The notes under the pieces: model-generated | Told to the model about the DNA's origin: nothing | Databases searched by the model: none | The model's input: only the letters and a program-made list of their open reading frames with translations | In this document: one piece after another, positions 38,652 to 48,323 of the stretch | How positions within the stretch are numbered: the stretch's first letter is position 1 | Layout of the letters: every line of letters starts with the position of its first letter | Translations under genes and position numbers: made by a program | Source of the DNA: an uncultured Oscillospiraceae bacterium | GTDB lineage: Bacteria > Bacillota > Clostridia > Oscillospirales > Ruminococcaceae | Direction: 5' to 3' | DNA: 55,659 nucleotides | NCBI GenBank assembly: GCA_964548535.1 | Contig: CAZJRQ010000015.1 | Location: 1 to 55,659, forward strand

Positions 38652-38836
38652 CTCCATCCCCGAGCAACACAACACCACAATCACCAACAAACTTCACGCG
38701 AGGGCTTTGCGCCGTCCGCGCTAGGACCCAGTGGCGTACAAAGTTGAAATTTCCCACAACTCCATCTCCGAGCAACACAACATCACAATCACCAGTAAAC
38801 TTTCTGCGAGGGCATTGCGCCGTCCGCGCTAGGACC
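38652..38836. repeat. two GC-rich direct repeats of about 78 nt (38652-38729 and 38760-38836, about 90% identical, period 108 nt)
   Basis: Alignment of the two copies: ctccatcYccgagcaacacaacaYcacaatcacca..gcgagggcWttgcgccgtccgcgctaggacc. GC content is about 55% against a background near 35%. Confidence 0.6.
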
Positions 38837-38845
38837 AAAAAAGCA

Positions 38846-38885
38846 ACCCAAGTAATCGTCTTGAGTTGCTGTTCTTCTATTTCTA
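38846..38885 (-). terminator. terminator of the flotillin gene
   Basis: On the minus strand, a 9-bp stem CAACUCAAG/CUUGGGUUG is followed by CUUUUUUGG. Confidence 0.6.
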
Positions 38886-38889
38886 ATAA

Positions 38890-40380
38890 TTATTTATCTT
38901 TATTTTTATTGTCTACAACTTCAACATATCCGTTTGCGTCCTCGATATTATCTGATTCTTTTTGCTCCTGCACCGCCTGATTAATAGCCTCCATGCGAGA
39001 TTTTTCTAAAGCCTCGTCTATGTCCTTGCCTAAAAATTCTGGCAATTCCATTCCAGCTTGCTTGAATAGTTCACCAAGCGGAGGAACAGATTTCATAAGT
39101 CCGCTTAAAAAGTTAGCTGTAGAACCCTTGCCGTCAGTTCCGTTTGAACCGCTGTCCCAAACAGTAATCTTGTCAATTTTAATACTCTTTATAGCCTCAA
39201 CTTGAATTGCAATTAGCTGTTCAAGCTTGTCGGCAATAATTAACTTAACAGCCGCATCAGCGTCACCGCCAGCAGCATCGACAAGCTCTCTCATACCCTC
39301 TGCCTGCTTAACTAAAATTTCCTGAGCACCCTTAGCCTCGGCCTCCATTTTAGCAAATATAGCGTCCGCCTCACCACGAGCCTTGCGACGAATAACCTCA
39401 GCTTGAGCCTCAGCCTCAATTTCAGTCTGCTGTTTAGAAATTTGAGCCTTGATAATAATATCAGCCTCTTGAGTTGCTTTTTCAAGCTGAGCACGAGTAA
39501 GCTCTGCCTCTTGCTGTGCTATGTAAGCCTCCTGCTTAGCCTTTGCAGCCTGAACCTGCTCAGCAGCAGTAGCTTGACGAAGTGCCTCCGCCTCACGCTC
39601 ACGACGTCTAGCCTCAGACTGTGCAACCTCGATTTTAGCGGAGTTTTCACCGTCGATAGCCGTAGCGTTAGCAGCTGCAACATTAATTCTCTGATCCTTT
39701 TGAGCATTTGCCTGGCCAATTTCACCATCACGATGTTTTTCAGCAACCGAACGCTTAGCATCATTGATAGCCTTAGCAGCAGCCTCTTTACCAAGTGATT
39801 CAAGATATCCTGATTCATCAGTAATATCTGTAACATTTACGTTTATAAGTCTAAGACCAATTTTCTTAAGCTCAATCTCAACGTTGTTAGAAACTGCAAG
39901 AAGAAATTTATCTCTATCTGTGTTAATTTCTTCAATATCCATAGTAGCAATGATAAGACGTAGCTGACCGAAAATAATATCCTTAGCCAAATCTTGAATT
40001 TCAACAAGCTTAAGACCAAGAAGACGTTCAGCAGCATTCTGCATAACACCAGGTTCAGTCGATATCCCGACAGTAAATCTTGAAGGAACGTCAATACGAA
40101 TGTTCTGCTTTGAAAGAGCGTTCTTCAAATCAACATTGATAGAAATCGGTGTTAAATCCATATATTGGTATGATTGAATTACAGGCACAATAAAAGCCGC
40201 ACCACCGTGAATACATTTTGCACTCTTGTTTTGACCATTTTTATCAGTGCCTACCTTACCGTAAATAACCAAAACTTTGTCAGACGGACATTTTCTGTAA
40301 CGCGACAGAATACCTGCAATAGTAGCAAAAAGCACAACTGCTATTATGCAGACAACAACTATTAGTTCAACTCCATCCAT
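38890..40380 (-). CDS. floT: flotillin-like SPFH/band-7 protein (FloT/YuaG-like)
   Basis: N-terminal TM helix, an SPFH domain, a long Ala/Glu/Gln-rich coiled coil (EA-repeat-like) and a flotillin C-terminal region. Confidence 0.85.
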   Translation of the reverse strand: MDGVELIVVVCIIAVVLFATIAGILSRYRKCPSDKVLVIYGKVGTDKNGQNKSAKCIHGGAAFIVPVIQSYQYMDLTPISINVDLKNALSKQNIRIDVPSRFTVGISTEPGVMQNAAERLLGLKLVEIQDLAKDIIFGQLRLIIATMDIEEINTDRDKFLLAVSNNVEIELKKIGLRLINVNVTDITDESGYLESLGKEAAAKAINDAKRSVAEKHRDGEIGQANAQKDQRINVAAANATAIDGENSAKIEVAQSEARRREREAEALRQATAAEQVQAAKAKQEAYIAQQEAELTRAQLEKATQEADIIIKAQISKQQTEIEAEAQAEVIRRKARGEADAIFAKMEAEAKGAQEILVKQAEGMRELVDAAGGDADAAVKLIIADKLEQLIAIQVEAIKSIKIDKITVWDSGSNGTDGKGSTANFLSGLMKSVPPLGELFKQAGMELPEFLGKDIDEALEKSRMEAINQAVQEQKESDNIEDANGYVEVVDNKNKDK

Positions 40381-40552
40381 GAAATTTTCCTCCTAAAATT
40401 AAATATTTTTTTGCTCAGTCACATATTTTGACTGAATATATTTATAAACTTCACGAAAAATCGTAAAGAGTACAAACCGAAAATAAAACTCTATTTCTTT
40501 TAAAAACATACAATTTTTCACTTAACTAAATTAGTAAGCAAAAGTTATTTTT

Positions 40553-41134
40553 TTAATCCCCATTTTCAGCACTTTCTATATTACCAATTCTATCACTATA
40601 AGACTCAATCAAAGTGGAAATTTCATTAATTGTATTGGTTTCTTCACCAACTTCGTATACAGCCTTACGCTCCGAGAAAATTAAAGTTTTTAGATTAGTT
40701 AGGTTTTCTATAGCCTTGTTAAGTTCATCTTTATCATCAATTTTATCAACATCATTTAAAGTATTTTCGTCGATTATAATTTGATATTCATCGGTAAAAT
40801 ACTTTCTCATAGCTGCGATTTCCTTTGAATAATCTTCGTCAACCTCTTTATCAGTATTTTCGTCAAGTCCTTTTTCTGTCAAACTTTTATCAGCATATTC
40901 TGAATAATCAGAAATCATTTCCTTGAGTTTTTCCAATTTTACAGTTTCATCATCATTAGTATCAAAATCTTTGCGAACCTGTACTATATCAGATTTAAAA
41001 TTCTTCAAGTTTTGCTCTTTATCTTTATTTTTAGAACTTACCTTGACTGCAAAAAATACACCGACCGCCAGTAAAATTACGATTACTATTATAATAACTG
41101 CCTTCTTTTTGCCACTATTTTTGTTTTTTTCCAT
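40553..41134 (-). CDS. hypothetical membrane-anchored protein (N-terminal TM, acidic coiled-coil)
   Basis: ATG has an AGGAGGAA ribosome-binding site. Lies between nfeD and floT on the same strand. Confidence 0.5.
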   Translation of the reverse strand: MEKNKNSGKKKAVIIIVIVILLAVGVFFAVKVSSKNKDKEQNLKNFKSDIVQVRKDFDTNDDETVKLEKLKEMISDYSEYADKSLTEKGLDENTDKEVDEDYSKEIAAMRKYFTDEYQIIIDENTLNDVDKIDDKDELNKAIENLTNLKTLIFSERKAVYEVGEETNTINEISTLIESYSDRIGNIESAENGD

Positions 41135-41429
41135 GATTTTTCCTCCTGATTTGAAATCTTTCTAAACTATTATTGAATGTGTATTTATAAATCCGAGCAA
41201 AAAAGCTAAGTCTATAAATCTTGGTAAAATATAATTAAAGTAATTTTTTGTTTTTTTAGAACCCCAAATCAATTCTATTATTTTACACTATAATAGAGTA
41301 TATAACAAAAATAAAAACAAATCAACAAAAAAAGTTAGACAAATAAAACTTGCAGATTAAAATTCCGTAAACGTTTAAGATATCCGATAATCAATTACCC
41401 AAATGTTCCACTTTAAACATTAATTATGG

Positions 41430-42119
41430 CTATTTTTCTTTTTCTACAACAACTGTATCGCCACGAAGGTCTGTAATAATTACTGATGATCCAGTTTTCA
41501 GCATTTCTTTTTCTGAGCTCACTGCAGAAAATTCCATAAACCTTCCTTGAACTGTTATGGTGATTTTCCCCTCACCATCGCCCTTTGGTGGAACTGGAAC
41601 ATAAACTGTCGCCATTTCGCCAATACAATTATTCATGTTCAAAGTACCATTTTCTGATAATTTGCTCGAAAGTTGGATAATTTTCGCTACAATATACATA
41701 GTTAAAAAGCCAAGCGTAATACCAAGTAAAATCGCTAGCAACGGAGGCATTTCAGACTTTACTGCAACAATCGATGTCCAACTGAACACTGTTAAAAATG
41801 CAACTACCGTTTGTAATGTGAACATTCGCATTGATGCAAAATCAGCAGGATTTCCTCCGTCAACAATATCGCTATGATGAATATGACTAAAATCATGGTT
41901 GGCTACATCTATATTTCCACCAATATCAAGGTCGATATCTGTACCAAAGTTGGTATCAAAATCTATTCCTGAAGTATCTGTAAAATCCATACCCGTTCCA
42001 CTGTCATGAAACCCAAACAATGACATTATTGTTTGAATTAAAAGTATCAACGTTGACGGTGCAGCAATACAATACAACACCTTTAGCAAAGAGCTTAGCC
42101 CCTCCCACCATTCATTCAT
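41430..42119 (-). CDS. nfeD: NfeD-like membrane protein (partner of flotillin, C-terminal OB-fold)
   Basis: N-terminal TM helices and a C-terminal beta-rich OB-like region (GKITITVQGRFMEFSAVS...VVVEKEK). Synteny with the flotillin gene. ATG 42119 has an AGGTGA ribosome-binding site; GTG 42128 is an alternative. Confidence 0.65.
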   Translation of the reverse strand: MNEWWEGLSSLLKVLYCIAAPSTLILLIQTIMSLFGFHDSGTGMDFTDTSGIDFDTNFGTDIDLDIGGNIDVANHDFSHIHHSDIVDGGNPADFASMRMFTLQTVVAFLTVFSWTSIVAVKSEMPPLLAILLGITLGFLTMYIVAKIIQLSSKLSENGTLNMNNCIGEMATVYVPVPPKGDGEGKITITVQGRFMEFSAVSSEKEMLKTGSSVIITDLRGDTVVVEKEK

Positions 42120-42156
42120 AATAATCACCTAACCTTTCTTTTATTTACAAGCATAT

Positions 42157-42171
42157 GTAAATTTCATTTAC
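42157..42171. promoter_or_regulatory. 15-bp perfect palindrome GTAAAT-N3-ATTTAC overlapping the +1 region of the nfeD-floT promoter
   Basis: On the minus strand, -35 TTGACA (42204-42199), a 17-nt spacer and -10 TATAAT (42181-42176) lie immediately upstream. The identical 15-mer recurs at 42360-42374. Confidence 0.5.
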
Positions 42172-42326
42172 TTAGATTATATATCATTTAATTTACTTTG
42201 TCAATAGATTTTTGAAACAATTTATCTTTTTTTGCTGCTTGTCCTATAATAATGCAATATCCCAGTCAATTCATATACACAACAATGAGATTTTTTTAAA
42301 AAAATCTATAAAATATCAAAAAACAC

Positions 42327-42374
42327 TTGATTTTTGTTTGCATATCTGTTATTATATATGTAAATGAAATTTAC
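42327..42374 (+). promoter_or_regulatory. promoter (TTGATT, 17-nt spacer, TATTAT) plus a second copy of the GTAAAT-N3-ATTTAC palindrome at +1 of the XRE regulator gene
   Basis: The palindrome at 42360-42374 is the exact reverse complement of the site at 42157-42171. Both sites share the 22-bp context ATATGTAAAT-N3-ATTTACTT. Confidence 0.5.
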
Positions 42375-42399
42375 TTTTCGAAAGGCGGTGTGTTTTGTT

Positions 42400-42942
42400 A
42401 TGGATAACGGAGCTTTAGGTAAACTAATTAAAGATGCTAGGCTTGCTAAAAAAATGACTCAGGCTGAAGTTGTTGGAGATTTTATCACTAGAAATATGCT
42501 TAGTCAAATTGAGAGCGGAACGGCAACTCCTTCTGTTAAAACACTTGAATATTTATGTCGTGTGCTCGAAATTCCGATGACGGCCATTTTACCAACTGAC
42601 GATGTTGGTGATGTTTCAGAGGTTGGCAACAGTCTTCCACGCTTGAAGGATTTATATTTTTGTGAGAAATATGAGCAGGTAATTGAGTTTAAGTCAGAAC
42701 AATCTGCATTTAATGATGAAATTAATGCGATTAAGGCTAAAGCGAATTTGGCTTTGGCAATTAAACTTTCTGATGATGATTCGGCTGACGTTTTGCAAAA
42801 AGCTTTACAATATGCAAAGGCGGCATCAGAACTTTCACAGATTGGTATCTATTCTAACGATGCAGTTAAGGCTGAGGCTTTAATTGCTTTAAGTAACATT
42901 GCTCAAAAGCTAACGGAATATTACAAGGATTTTATCAATTAA
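42400..42942 (+). CDS. XRE-family HTH regulator with a C-terminal helical (TPR-like) domain
   Basis: HTH segment LGKLIKDARLAKKMTQAEVVGDFITRNMLSQIESGTATPSVKTLEYLCRVLEIP. ATG 42400 has an AAGGCGGTG ribosome-binding site. Confidence 0.75.
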   Translation: MDNGALGKLIKDARLAKKMTQAEVVGDFITRNMLSQIESGTATPSVKTLEYLCRVLEIPMTAILPTDDVGDVSEVGNSLPRLKDLYFCEKYEQVIEFKSEQSAFNDEINAIKAKANLALAIKLSDDDSADVLQKALQYAKAASELSQIGIYSNDAVKAEALIALSNIAQKLTEYYKDFIN

Positions 42943-43196
42943 GATATTGTAACGTGATTGCTGTCAGCAGATTGCTTTGCGACAAAAACTCGGCATCAAG
43001 CCATTCTATAAATTAATTGGAATCTCCAAACCTATTTTTTTAAAAAACTCGCCTACAATGTTCAATATAAAATTTAAACACCTAGATATTTTTCTAAAAT
43101 CTATGGATGACAGTTACTGCTGTCCTCTTTTTTGTACACATATAATTAACTTTAGCCAACATCTTATTTACTGTGCAAAAAAATTTATACAAACAA

Positions 43197-43236
43197 AAAA
43201 ATCCGCATGTCTATAAAAAGACGCGCGGATTTTGTT
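43197..43236. terminator. bidirectional terminator
   Basis: Stem ATCCGCATGTC/GACGCGCGGAT flanked by A and T runs. Confidence 0.45.
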
Positions 43237-43254
43237 TTTATATTTTAAAATGCA

Positions 43255-43839
43255 TTAGCAATTGCAAATATTTACAATCTCGCCCAACTGCTCTCTGCCT
43301 GCACCTACTGCATTTGATTCATCTGTATCAATGTGCATTGCAAGTGCAAACTTTTCGCTTACACGTACTACTGTGTCACACAAAATTCCTGTTCTATTTG
43401 CTGACTCAACTTTAACGCAAACAATCTGCTTGTCCTTTACACCCAAAGCTTCTGCATCTGCTGGTGTCATATGGATATGTCTTTTTGCTACGATTACACC
43501 TTCTGCAATTTCAATCTCGCCTGCTGGTCCTACAATTTTACAAGCACCAGATTTCGCAGTATCTCCAGACTCTTTAATTGGAGCAGCAATTCCGATTGCA
43601 CGAGCGTCAGTTGCTGAAAGTTCAACCTGAGTAGCTGGTCTAACTGGTCCTAAAATTGACACATTTGCAAGCTCTTTTTTTGAACCTACTACTGTTACTT
43701 TTTCCTCACAAGCAAACTGCCCTGGCTGAGAAAGATCCTTTTTATGTGTAAGAGTTGCACCTTTACCAAACAAAATTTCAAGATCCTCTTGAGTTACATG
43801 AACATGACGTGCGGAAGTTTCTACGATAAACTTTGACAT
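43255..43839 (-). CDS. pduL: phosphate propanoyltransferase PduL/EutD-like (phosphotransacylase)
   Basis: Two repeated PduL signature segments, SARHVHV and AKRHIHMTPADA. The start was re-placed at ATG 43839, which has an AAAGGA ribosome-binding site. Confidence 0.75.
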   Translation of the reverse strand: MSKFIVETSARHVHVTQEDLEILFGKGATLTHKKDLSQPGQFACEEKVTVVGSKKELANVSILGPVRPATQVELSATDARAIGIAAPIKESGDTAKSGACKIVGPAGEIEIAEGVIVAKRHIHMTPADAEALGVKDKQIVCVKVESANRTGILCDTVVRVSEKFALAMHIDTDESNAVGAGREQLGEIVNICNC

Positions 43840-44008
43840 TTTAACAAGTCCTTTCAAAATGTAATGCTACAGAATATATCTACAGCTTATATACTTATTT
43901 TACTACTTTTTGCCCCATTGGTCAAGGCTTATTTCAAAGTTTACGAAAAAACGTAAAGTAATCCATTTTTTTGGACACTTTGTATTATTGTTATTCTGCT
44001 AAAAATCA

Positions 44009-44206
44009 CTACTCATTCCACGACCACAACTGATAATATGCGTTTATTGTAACTAGCACTTTTGCTTTTTCTAAGTCTTTTTCAAAAACATGCATCGCCC
44101 CTAGTCGTTCATCTTCTAAATAATCATAACCTTTTTGGTGCATGTAATCAAACAGTGCGTATTCTCCTTCAGGCTGTGCTAAAATCGCTTTTTTGCTTTT
44201 TGTCAT
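44009..44206 (-). CDS. hypothetical small protein (65 aa)
   Basis: ATG has an AGGGGTGA ribosome-binding site. No recognised family. Confidence 0.4.
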   Translation of the reverse strand: MTKSKKAILAQPEGEYALFDYMHQKGYDYLEDERLGAMHVFEKDLEKAKVLVTINAYYQLWSWNE

Positions 44207-44352
44207 TTCATCACCCCTAATTACTTTTCACACTTTCACGTTTTTTTATATCCTTATTATACTTCACTCACTAAAAAACGCCAATGGTTTTGTTCTAAAT
44301 TACAAAAAATGAGAATTCGCAAACTAACGAATTCTCATTTTAGATGTATATT

Positions 44353-44622
44353 TTATTTTCCCAAAAGTTGTTTATGTTGTTCCTCATATTTATGTTTAGT
44401 CGCGAGTCCTCCTCTGATATGACGTTCCCGTTTGTTTTCCTCTAGCAACGCTTTCACCTGCTTATAAAGCTGAGGTGAGGTTTTTGGCAATCGGTCAGTT
44501 AGGTCTTTATGCACTGTCGACTTGCTTATACCAAATTCTTTCGCCGTTGCTCGGACGGTGGCTTTATGTATTACCATATACTCCCCTAGTACCACCGAGC
44601 GGTCCTTATCTGTGTCTATCAT
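44353..44622 (-). CDS. spoIIID: stage III sporulation transcriptional regulator SpoIIID
   Basis: AKEFGISKSTVHKDLTDRLP and RHIRGGLATK closely match the SpoIIID HTH and basic C-terminal region. ATG has a TGGAGTGA ribosome-binding site. Confidence 0.85.
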   Translation of the reverse strand: MIDTDKDRSVVLGEYMVIHKATVRATAKEFGISKSTVHKDLTDRLPKTSPQLYKQVKALLEENKRERHIRGGLATKHKYEEQHKQLLGK

Positions 44623-44761
44623 TTATGTCACTCCAATACTAATGGTGTTGTATTAGAGTGTATGCTGTTTGCTAAACGATTATGTTTGTCCTTTAAACTA
44701 TTATTTATTTTGTTGAAATATTTTAGTGATTTTTAGTTTCAAATTGTTTTTACATCATATA

Positions 44762-45457
44762 TTAAATTGAATTGTGAATCCACTTATTCAACACGTCCAG
44801 CTGTTGAGGAGTATGGAACCAATGCTCACCATTTTCCATAACAGTTAAATTGCAATTGAAACTCTTTACAAAATTATCAACTACTGAACGCTCTGTAAGA
44901 TTGTCATTTCCAGCATATAAAATACTTGTTGGAACATTCCAATTATCAATTCTATTTTTTCTAGCATACTGTAAATATTCCCATGATAAAGTTTCTCCGA
45001 AAGTTGTATCTATTTCTTTCTCCTGCATTAATTTTTCTTCTGAAACATCTGCCCATTTCATCATATTTATAATCAATTTCTCCATATCAAGAACTGGAGA
45101 AACAAACAGACATTTTTGAATATCCTCATTTGAAAAACTTAACATACTAAACCATGCACCAATACTATTTGCATATAAACTTATATTATCACTTTTTTTC
45201 TTTGCAAAGTTAAGTACCGATTTTAATTCCGGCACAACATTCCATGAATTAAACTTATTTTTATCGTTTTTTCGCATTCCATGTTCAGGCAGGTCAACGC
45301 TCAGAACTTGATAGCCTTTTTGAACTGCAATTTGTGCAAAAGACCTTGCTTCTTCTTTAAAACCCATTTTTCCGTGAACATAAATATAAATCTTATCAGA
45401 TTGGTCACCATATAGAACAGCCGGAATATGTTCTATACTGAAATTTATCTCTTTCAT
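44762..45457 (-). CDS. alpha/beta-hydrolase (esterase/lipase-like)
   Basis: Nucleophile elbow ANSIGA in a roughly 230 aa product. ATG has a GGAGGA ribosome-binding site. Confidence 0.7.
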   Translation of the reverse strand: MKEINFSIEHIPAVLYGDQSDKIYIYVHGKMGFKEEARSFAQIAVQKGYQVLSVDLPEHGMRKNDKNKFNSWNVVPELKSVLNFAKKKSDNISLYANSIGAWFSMLSFSNEDIQKCLFVSPVLDMEKLIINMMKWADVSEEKLMQEKEIDTTFGETLSWEYLQYARKNRIDNWNVPTSILYAGNDNLTERSVVDNFVKSFNCNLTVMENGEHWFHTPQQLDVLNKWIHNSI

Positions 45458-45483
45458 ATATTATCCTCCAGTTAATGCAAAAA

Positions 45484-46569
45484 TCAGACGATTGTTCCTC
45501 CGCCAAGAACATAATCTTCATCATAGAAAACCACTGCCTGACCTTTTGAAATTGCCTTATGCGGCTGGTGAAACTCGACCTTGATTTTTCCGTCATCAAG
45601 CGGATAAACAGTACAAGCAACTTCCTTTTGATGATAACGCGTTTGCGCTGTACACTCAAGCGGTTCTACAAGTTTATCAAACGGTATGAAATTTACATCG
45701 TCAGCAATTAGACTATCACTCGAAAGCTTATCCTTTGTGCCAAGTACAAGTTTATTATTCTCAATATCCTTTTCGACTACAAAAAGCGGTTCGCTATAGG
45801 ACACGCCAATACCTTTTCGCTGTCCGATTGTATAATGAATTAGACCTTTATGCTCGCCTAGCTTTGTACCGTCGGTTAGGACTATATCTCCCTTTTTCTG
45901 TTCTCCGACATTGTTTGTAATAAACTTTCCATAGTCGCCGTCTGGAATAAAGCAGATATCCTGACTATCTGGTTTATCTGCATTTATTAGAGAATTTTCC
46001 TCGGCAATTTTTCGGATTTCATCTTTATTCAAATCGCCTACCGGAAAGAGAGTGTGTGCAAGCTGGTCTTGTGTCATTGAGTATAAAACATAGCTTTGAT
46101 CCTTACCAAAATCACGCGAACGCTTTAGCATCCAACGTTCTGTTTTTTCATCAAAAACTCTTTTAACGTAATGACCGGTTGCAATATATTCGTACCCCAT
46201 AAGTCTAGCACGCTCTAAAAACTTATCAAACTTTAGATATCTATTACACTGAATACACGGATTTGGTGTTCCGCCCTCAAGGTATATGCCGATAAAATTA
46301 TCGATTACCCACTCTTTAAAGTCAGCTGAAAAATTAAAAACATGAAAATTTATTCCAAGTTTAAAAGCAACAAAACGCGCATCCTCAACATCCTCTAACG
46401 AACAGCATGTTTTGCCTTTTTCAAGTCCGATATCCTCATTTGAATATAGTCGCATTGTTGCACCGTCAGGGTTATAGCCTTGATCAAGCAACAACTTTAC
46501 TGCGACTGAACTATCAACTCCACCGCTCATTGCAACTAAGACTTTATTGCTGTTTGTTTCGTTCAACAT
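45484..46569 (-). CDS. mnmA: tRNA 2-thiouridine(34) synthase
   Basis: PP-loop SGGVDSS and the typical MnmA length. Lies downstream of nifS-nifU. Confidence 0.9.
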   Translation of the reverse strand: MLNETNSNKVLVAMSGGVDSSVAVKLLLDQGYNPDGATMRLYSNEDIGLEKGKTCCSLEDVEDARFVAFKLGINFHVFNFSADFKEWVIDNFIGIYLEGGTPNPCIQCNRYLKFDKFLERARLMGYEYIATGHYVKRVFDEKTERWMLKRSRDFGKDQSYVLYSMTQDQLAHTLFPVGDLNKDEIRKIAEENSLINADKPDSQDICFIPDGDYGKFITNNVGEQKKGDIVLTDGTKLGEHKGLIHYTIGQRKGIGVSYSEPLFVVEKDIENNKLVLGTKDKLSSDSLIADDVNFIPFDKLVEPLECTAQTRYHQKEVACTVYPLDDGKIKVEFHQPHKAISKGQAVVFYDEDYVLGGGTIV

Positions 46570-46647
46570 GAAAACCCCTCCGATATGATTTCTACAAATT
46601 GAAACAGGCGAATTTCTTCGCCTGCATTCATTATAATATTTTATTTA

Positions 46648-47082
46648 TTAGTGACAGCCGTGACAATCTTCACAGCTACACGCTGACTCTCCAACAAATG
46701 GTGTTGGATCAACTCCGCTTTTCTCATAGTAATTAGAAATTGCAGCTTTCATTGCCTGCTCTGCTAAAACTGAACAGTGAATTTTTGCTGGTGGAAGTCC
46801 GTCAAGAGCTTCAACTACTGCACTATTTGTAATCTTTAGTGCGTCTTCAATTTTCTTGCCCTTAATCATTTCAGTGGCAATTGAAGAAGTAGCAACAGCA
46901 GCACCGCAACCAAATGTTTTAAACTTAACGTCAGAAATTACATCTCCGTCAACTTTAATATACATTTTCATTATATCTCCACACTTTGCATTTCCAACCT
47001 CGCCGATACCGTCAGCATTTTCAATCTCGCCGACATTTCTTGGATTAGAAAAGTGGTCCATTACTTTTTCGCTATAAATCAT
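46648..47082 (-). CDS. nifU: Fe-S cluster assembly scaffold, NifU/IscU-type with Cys-rich C-terminal tail
   Basis: IscU-type Cys ligands (GNAKCGD, GCGAAVATSS, HCSVLA). Confidence 0.85.
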   Translation of the reverse strand: MIYSEKVMDHFSNPRNVGEIENADGIGEVGNAKCGDIMKMYIKVDGDVISDVKFKTFGCGAAVATSSIATEMIKGKKIEDALKITNSAVVEALDGLPPAKIHCSVLAEQAMKAAISNYYEKSGVDPTPFVGESACSCEDCHGCH

Positions 47083-47132
47083 CTTTTATCATTCCTTCAT
47101 AAATAATCTATTTGTTTAAGCTATTCAAAATC

Positions 47133-48323
47133 TTATACAGTAGCTTTTTCTTTACAAATTCTTTCCCAAAGCGGTGACATTGCTCTTAACTGGGTCACAA
47201 TTCTTGGAAGAACCTCAAGAATATAATCGATATCCTCTTCGGTAGTTTCATCATTCAGCGACAATCTCAAAGAACCGTGTGCCGTTTCATGAGGCAGTCC
47301 AATTGAAAGCAACACATGAGATGGATCAAGAGAACCGCTTGTACAAGCTGAGCCCGATGATGCAACAATTCCGTTCATATCAAGCATTAACAGCAAGCTT
47401 TCACCCTCAATTCCTAGAATTGAAAAGTTTGCAAGTCCTGGAAGACGCTGTTCTCTATCGCCGTTTAGACGTGTTTCCTCAATTTGCAAAACTCCGTCAA
47501 TCAGTCTATCACGAAGCTTTTTAACTCGTACATTCTTAGCTGGAATATCAGTAGTCACATCAGTAATTGCTACACCTAGACCTACAATTCCTGGAACATT
47601 TTCAGTTCCTGCACGTTTATTTCTCTCCTGCGCACCACCGTATATAAATTTAGGAAGTGAATATCCACCTCTAATATACAGCGCACCTACGCCTTTTGGA
47701 GCATGAAATTTATGTCCAGAAAGTGAAAGCATATCCACATTCAAATCCGTAACATCAATTTCAATATGTCCAACAGCCTGAACTGCGTCAGTATGGAAAG
47801 GGACTCCTTTTTCTTTACAAATCTTGCCGATTTCAGCGATTGGCATAATAGTTCCAATCTCATTATTTGCATACATTATTGTAACAAGACAAGTGTCCTC
47901 ACGAATTGCATCAGCAACCTGCTCAGCTTTTAGAAGTCCATTTTCATCAACTGGCAAGTAAGTAACCTCAAAACCCTGAGTTTCCAAATACTCACAAGTA
48001 TGCAAAACTGCGTGATGCTCAAAAACTGTTGTAATTATATGCTTTTTATTCTTTTTAGCGCCATTTTCAGCCGAGCCACGAATAGCCCAGTTGTCAGACT
48101 CAGAACCGCCAGCTGTAAAATAAATTTCATTTACCTTAGCACCGATTGCGTTTGCAACCTGCTCACGAGCCTTTAAAACAGCCTTTGCTGCGTCCATTCC
48201 TAATGTATAGATACTTGACGCATTACCGTATTCTTCACAGAAATATGGCAATGCCGCCTCTAATGCATTTTTAGAAACCTTTGTAGTAGCTGAATTATCA
48301 GCATACACGAAACGTTTTTCCAT
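47133..48323 (-). CDS. nifS: cysteine desulfurase NifS/IscS
   Basis: Class-V aminotransferase fold with the PLP lysine [10 protein letters not shown] and active-site Cys [10 protein letters not shown]. The start was re-placed at ATG 48323, which has an AAAGGA ribosome-binding site. Confidence 0.85.
   Translation of the reverse strand: MEKRFVYADNSATTKVSKNALEAALPYFCEEYGNASSIYTLGMDAAKAVLKAREQVANAIGAKVNEIYFTAGGSESDNWAIRGSAENGAKKNKKHIITTVFEHHAVLHTCEYLETQGFEVTYLPVDENGLLKAEQVADAIREDTCLVTIMYANNEIGTIMPIAEIGKICKEKGVPFHTDAVQAVGHIEIDVTDLNVDMLSLSGHKFHAPKGVGALYIRGGYSLPKFIYGGAQERNKRAGTENVPGIVGLGVAITDVTTDIPAKNVRVKKLRDRLIDGVLQIEETRLNGDREQRLPGLANFSILGIEGESLLLMLDMNGIVASSGSACTSGSLDPSHVLLSIGLPHETAHGSLRLSLNDETTEEDIDYILEVLPRIVTQLRAMSPLWERICKEKATV

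Noticed and set aside
38652-38836. CRISPR array
   Set aside because: There are only two long (78 nt) imperfect repeats with a 30-nt non-repeat gap. This is not a repeat-spacer architecture, and no cas genes are present.
38611-38838. 75-aa ORF (-) spanning both 78-nt repeats, giving a repeated peptide VLARTAQ.PR.KF.GDC.VVLLGDGV
   Set aside because: It starts with TTG inside the terminator T-tract and has no ribosome-binding site. The differences between the repeat copies show no codon-position bias. The repeated peptide is simply the translation of a DNA repeat.
38464-38890. S-box (SAM-I), T-box, cobalamin or glycine riboswitch upstream of the metH operon
   Set aside because: None of the conserved cores are present (GGCCC...GCAACC / AAGGUGCCAAUUCC for SAM-I, the GGGUGGUACCGCG T-box sequence, the B12 box). 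The GC-rich repeats also lie upstream of the predicted promoter, outside the leader.
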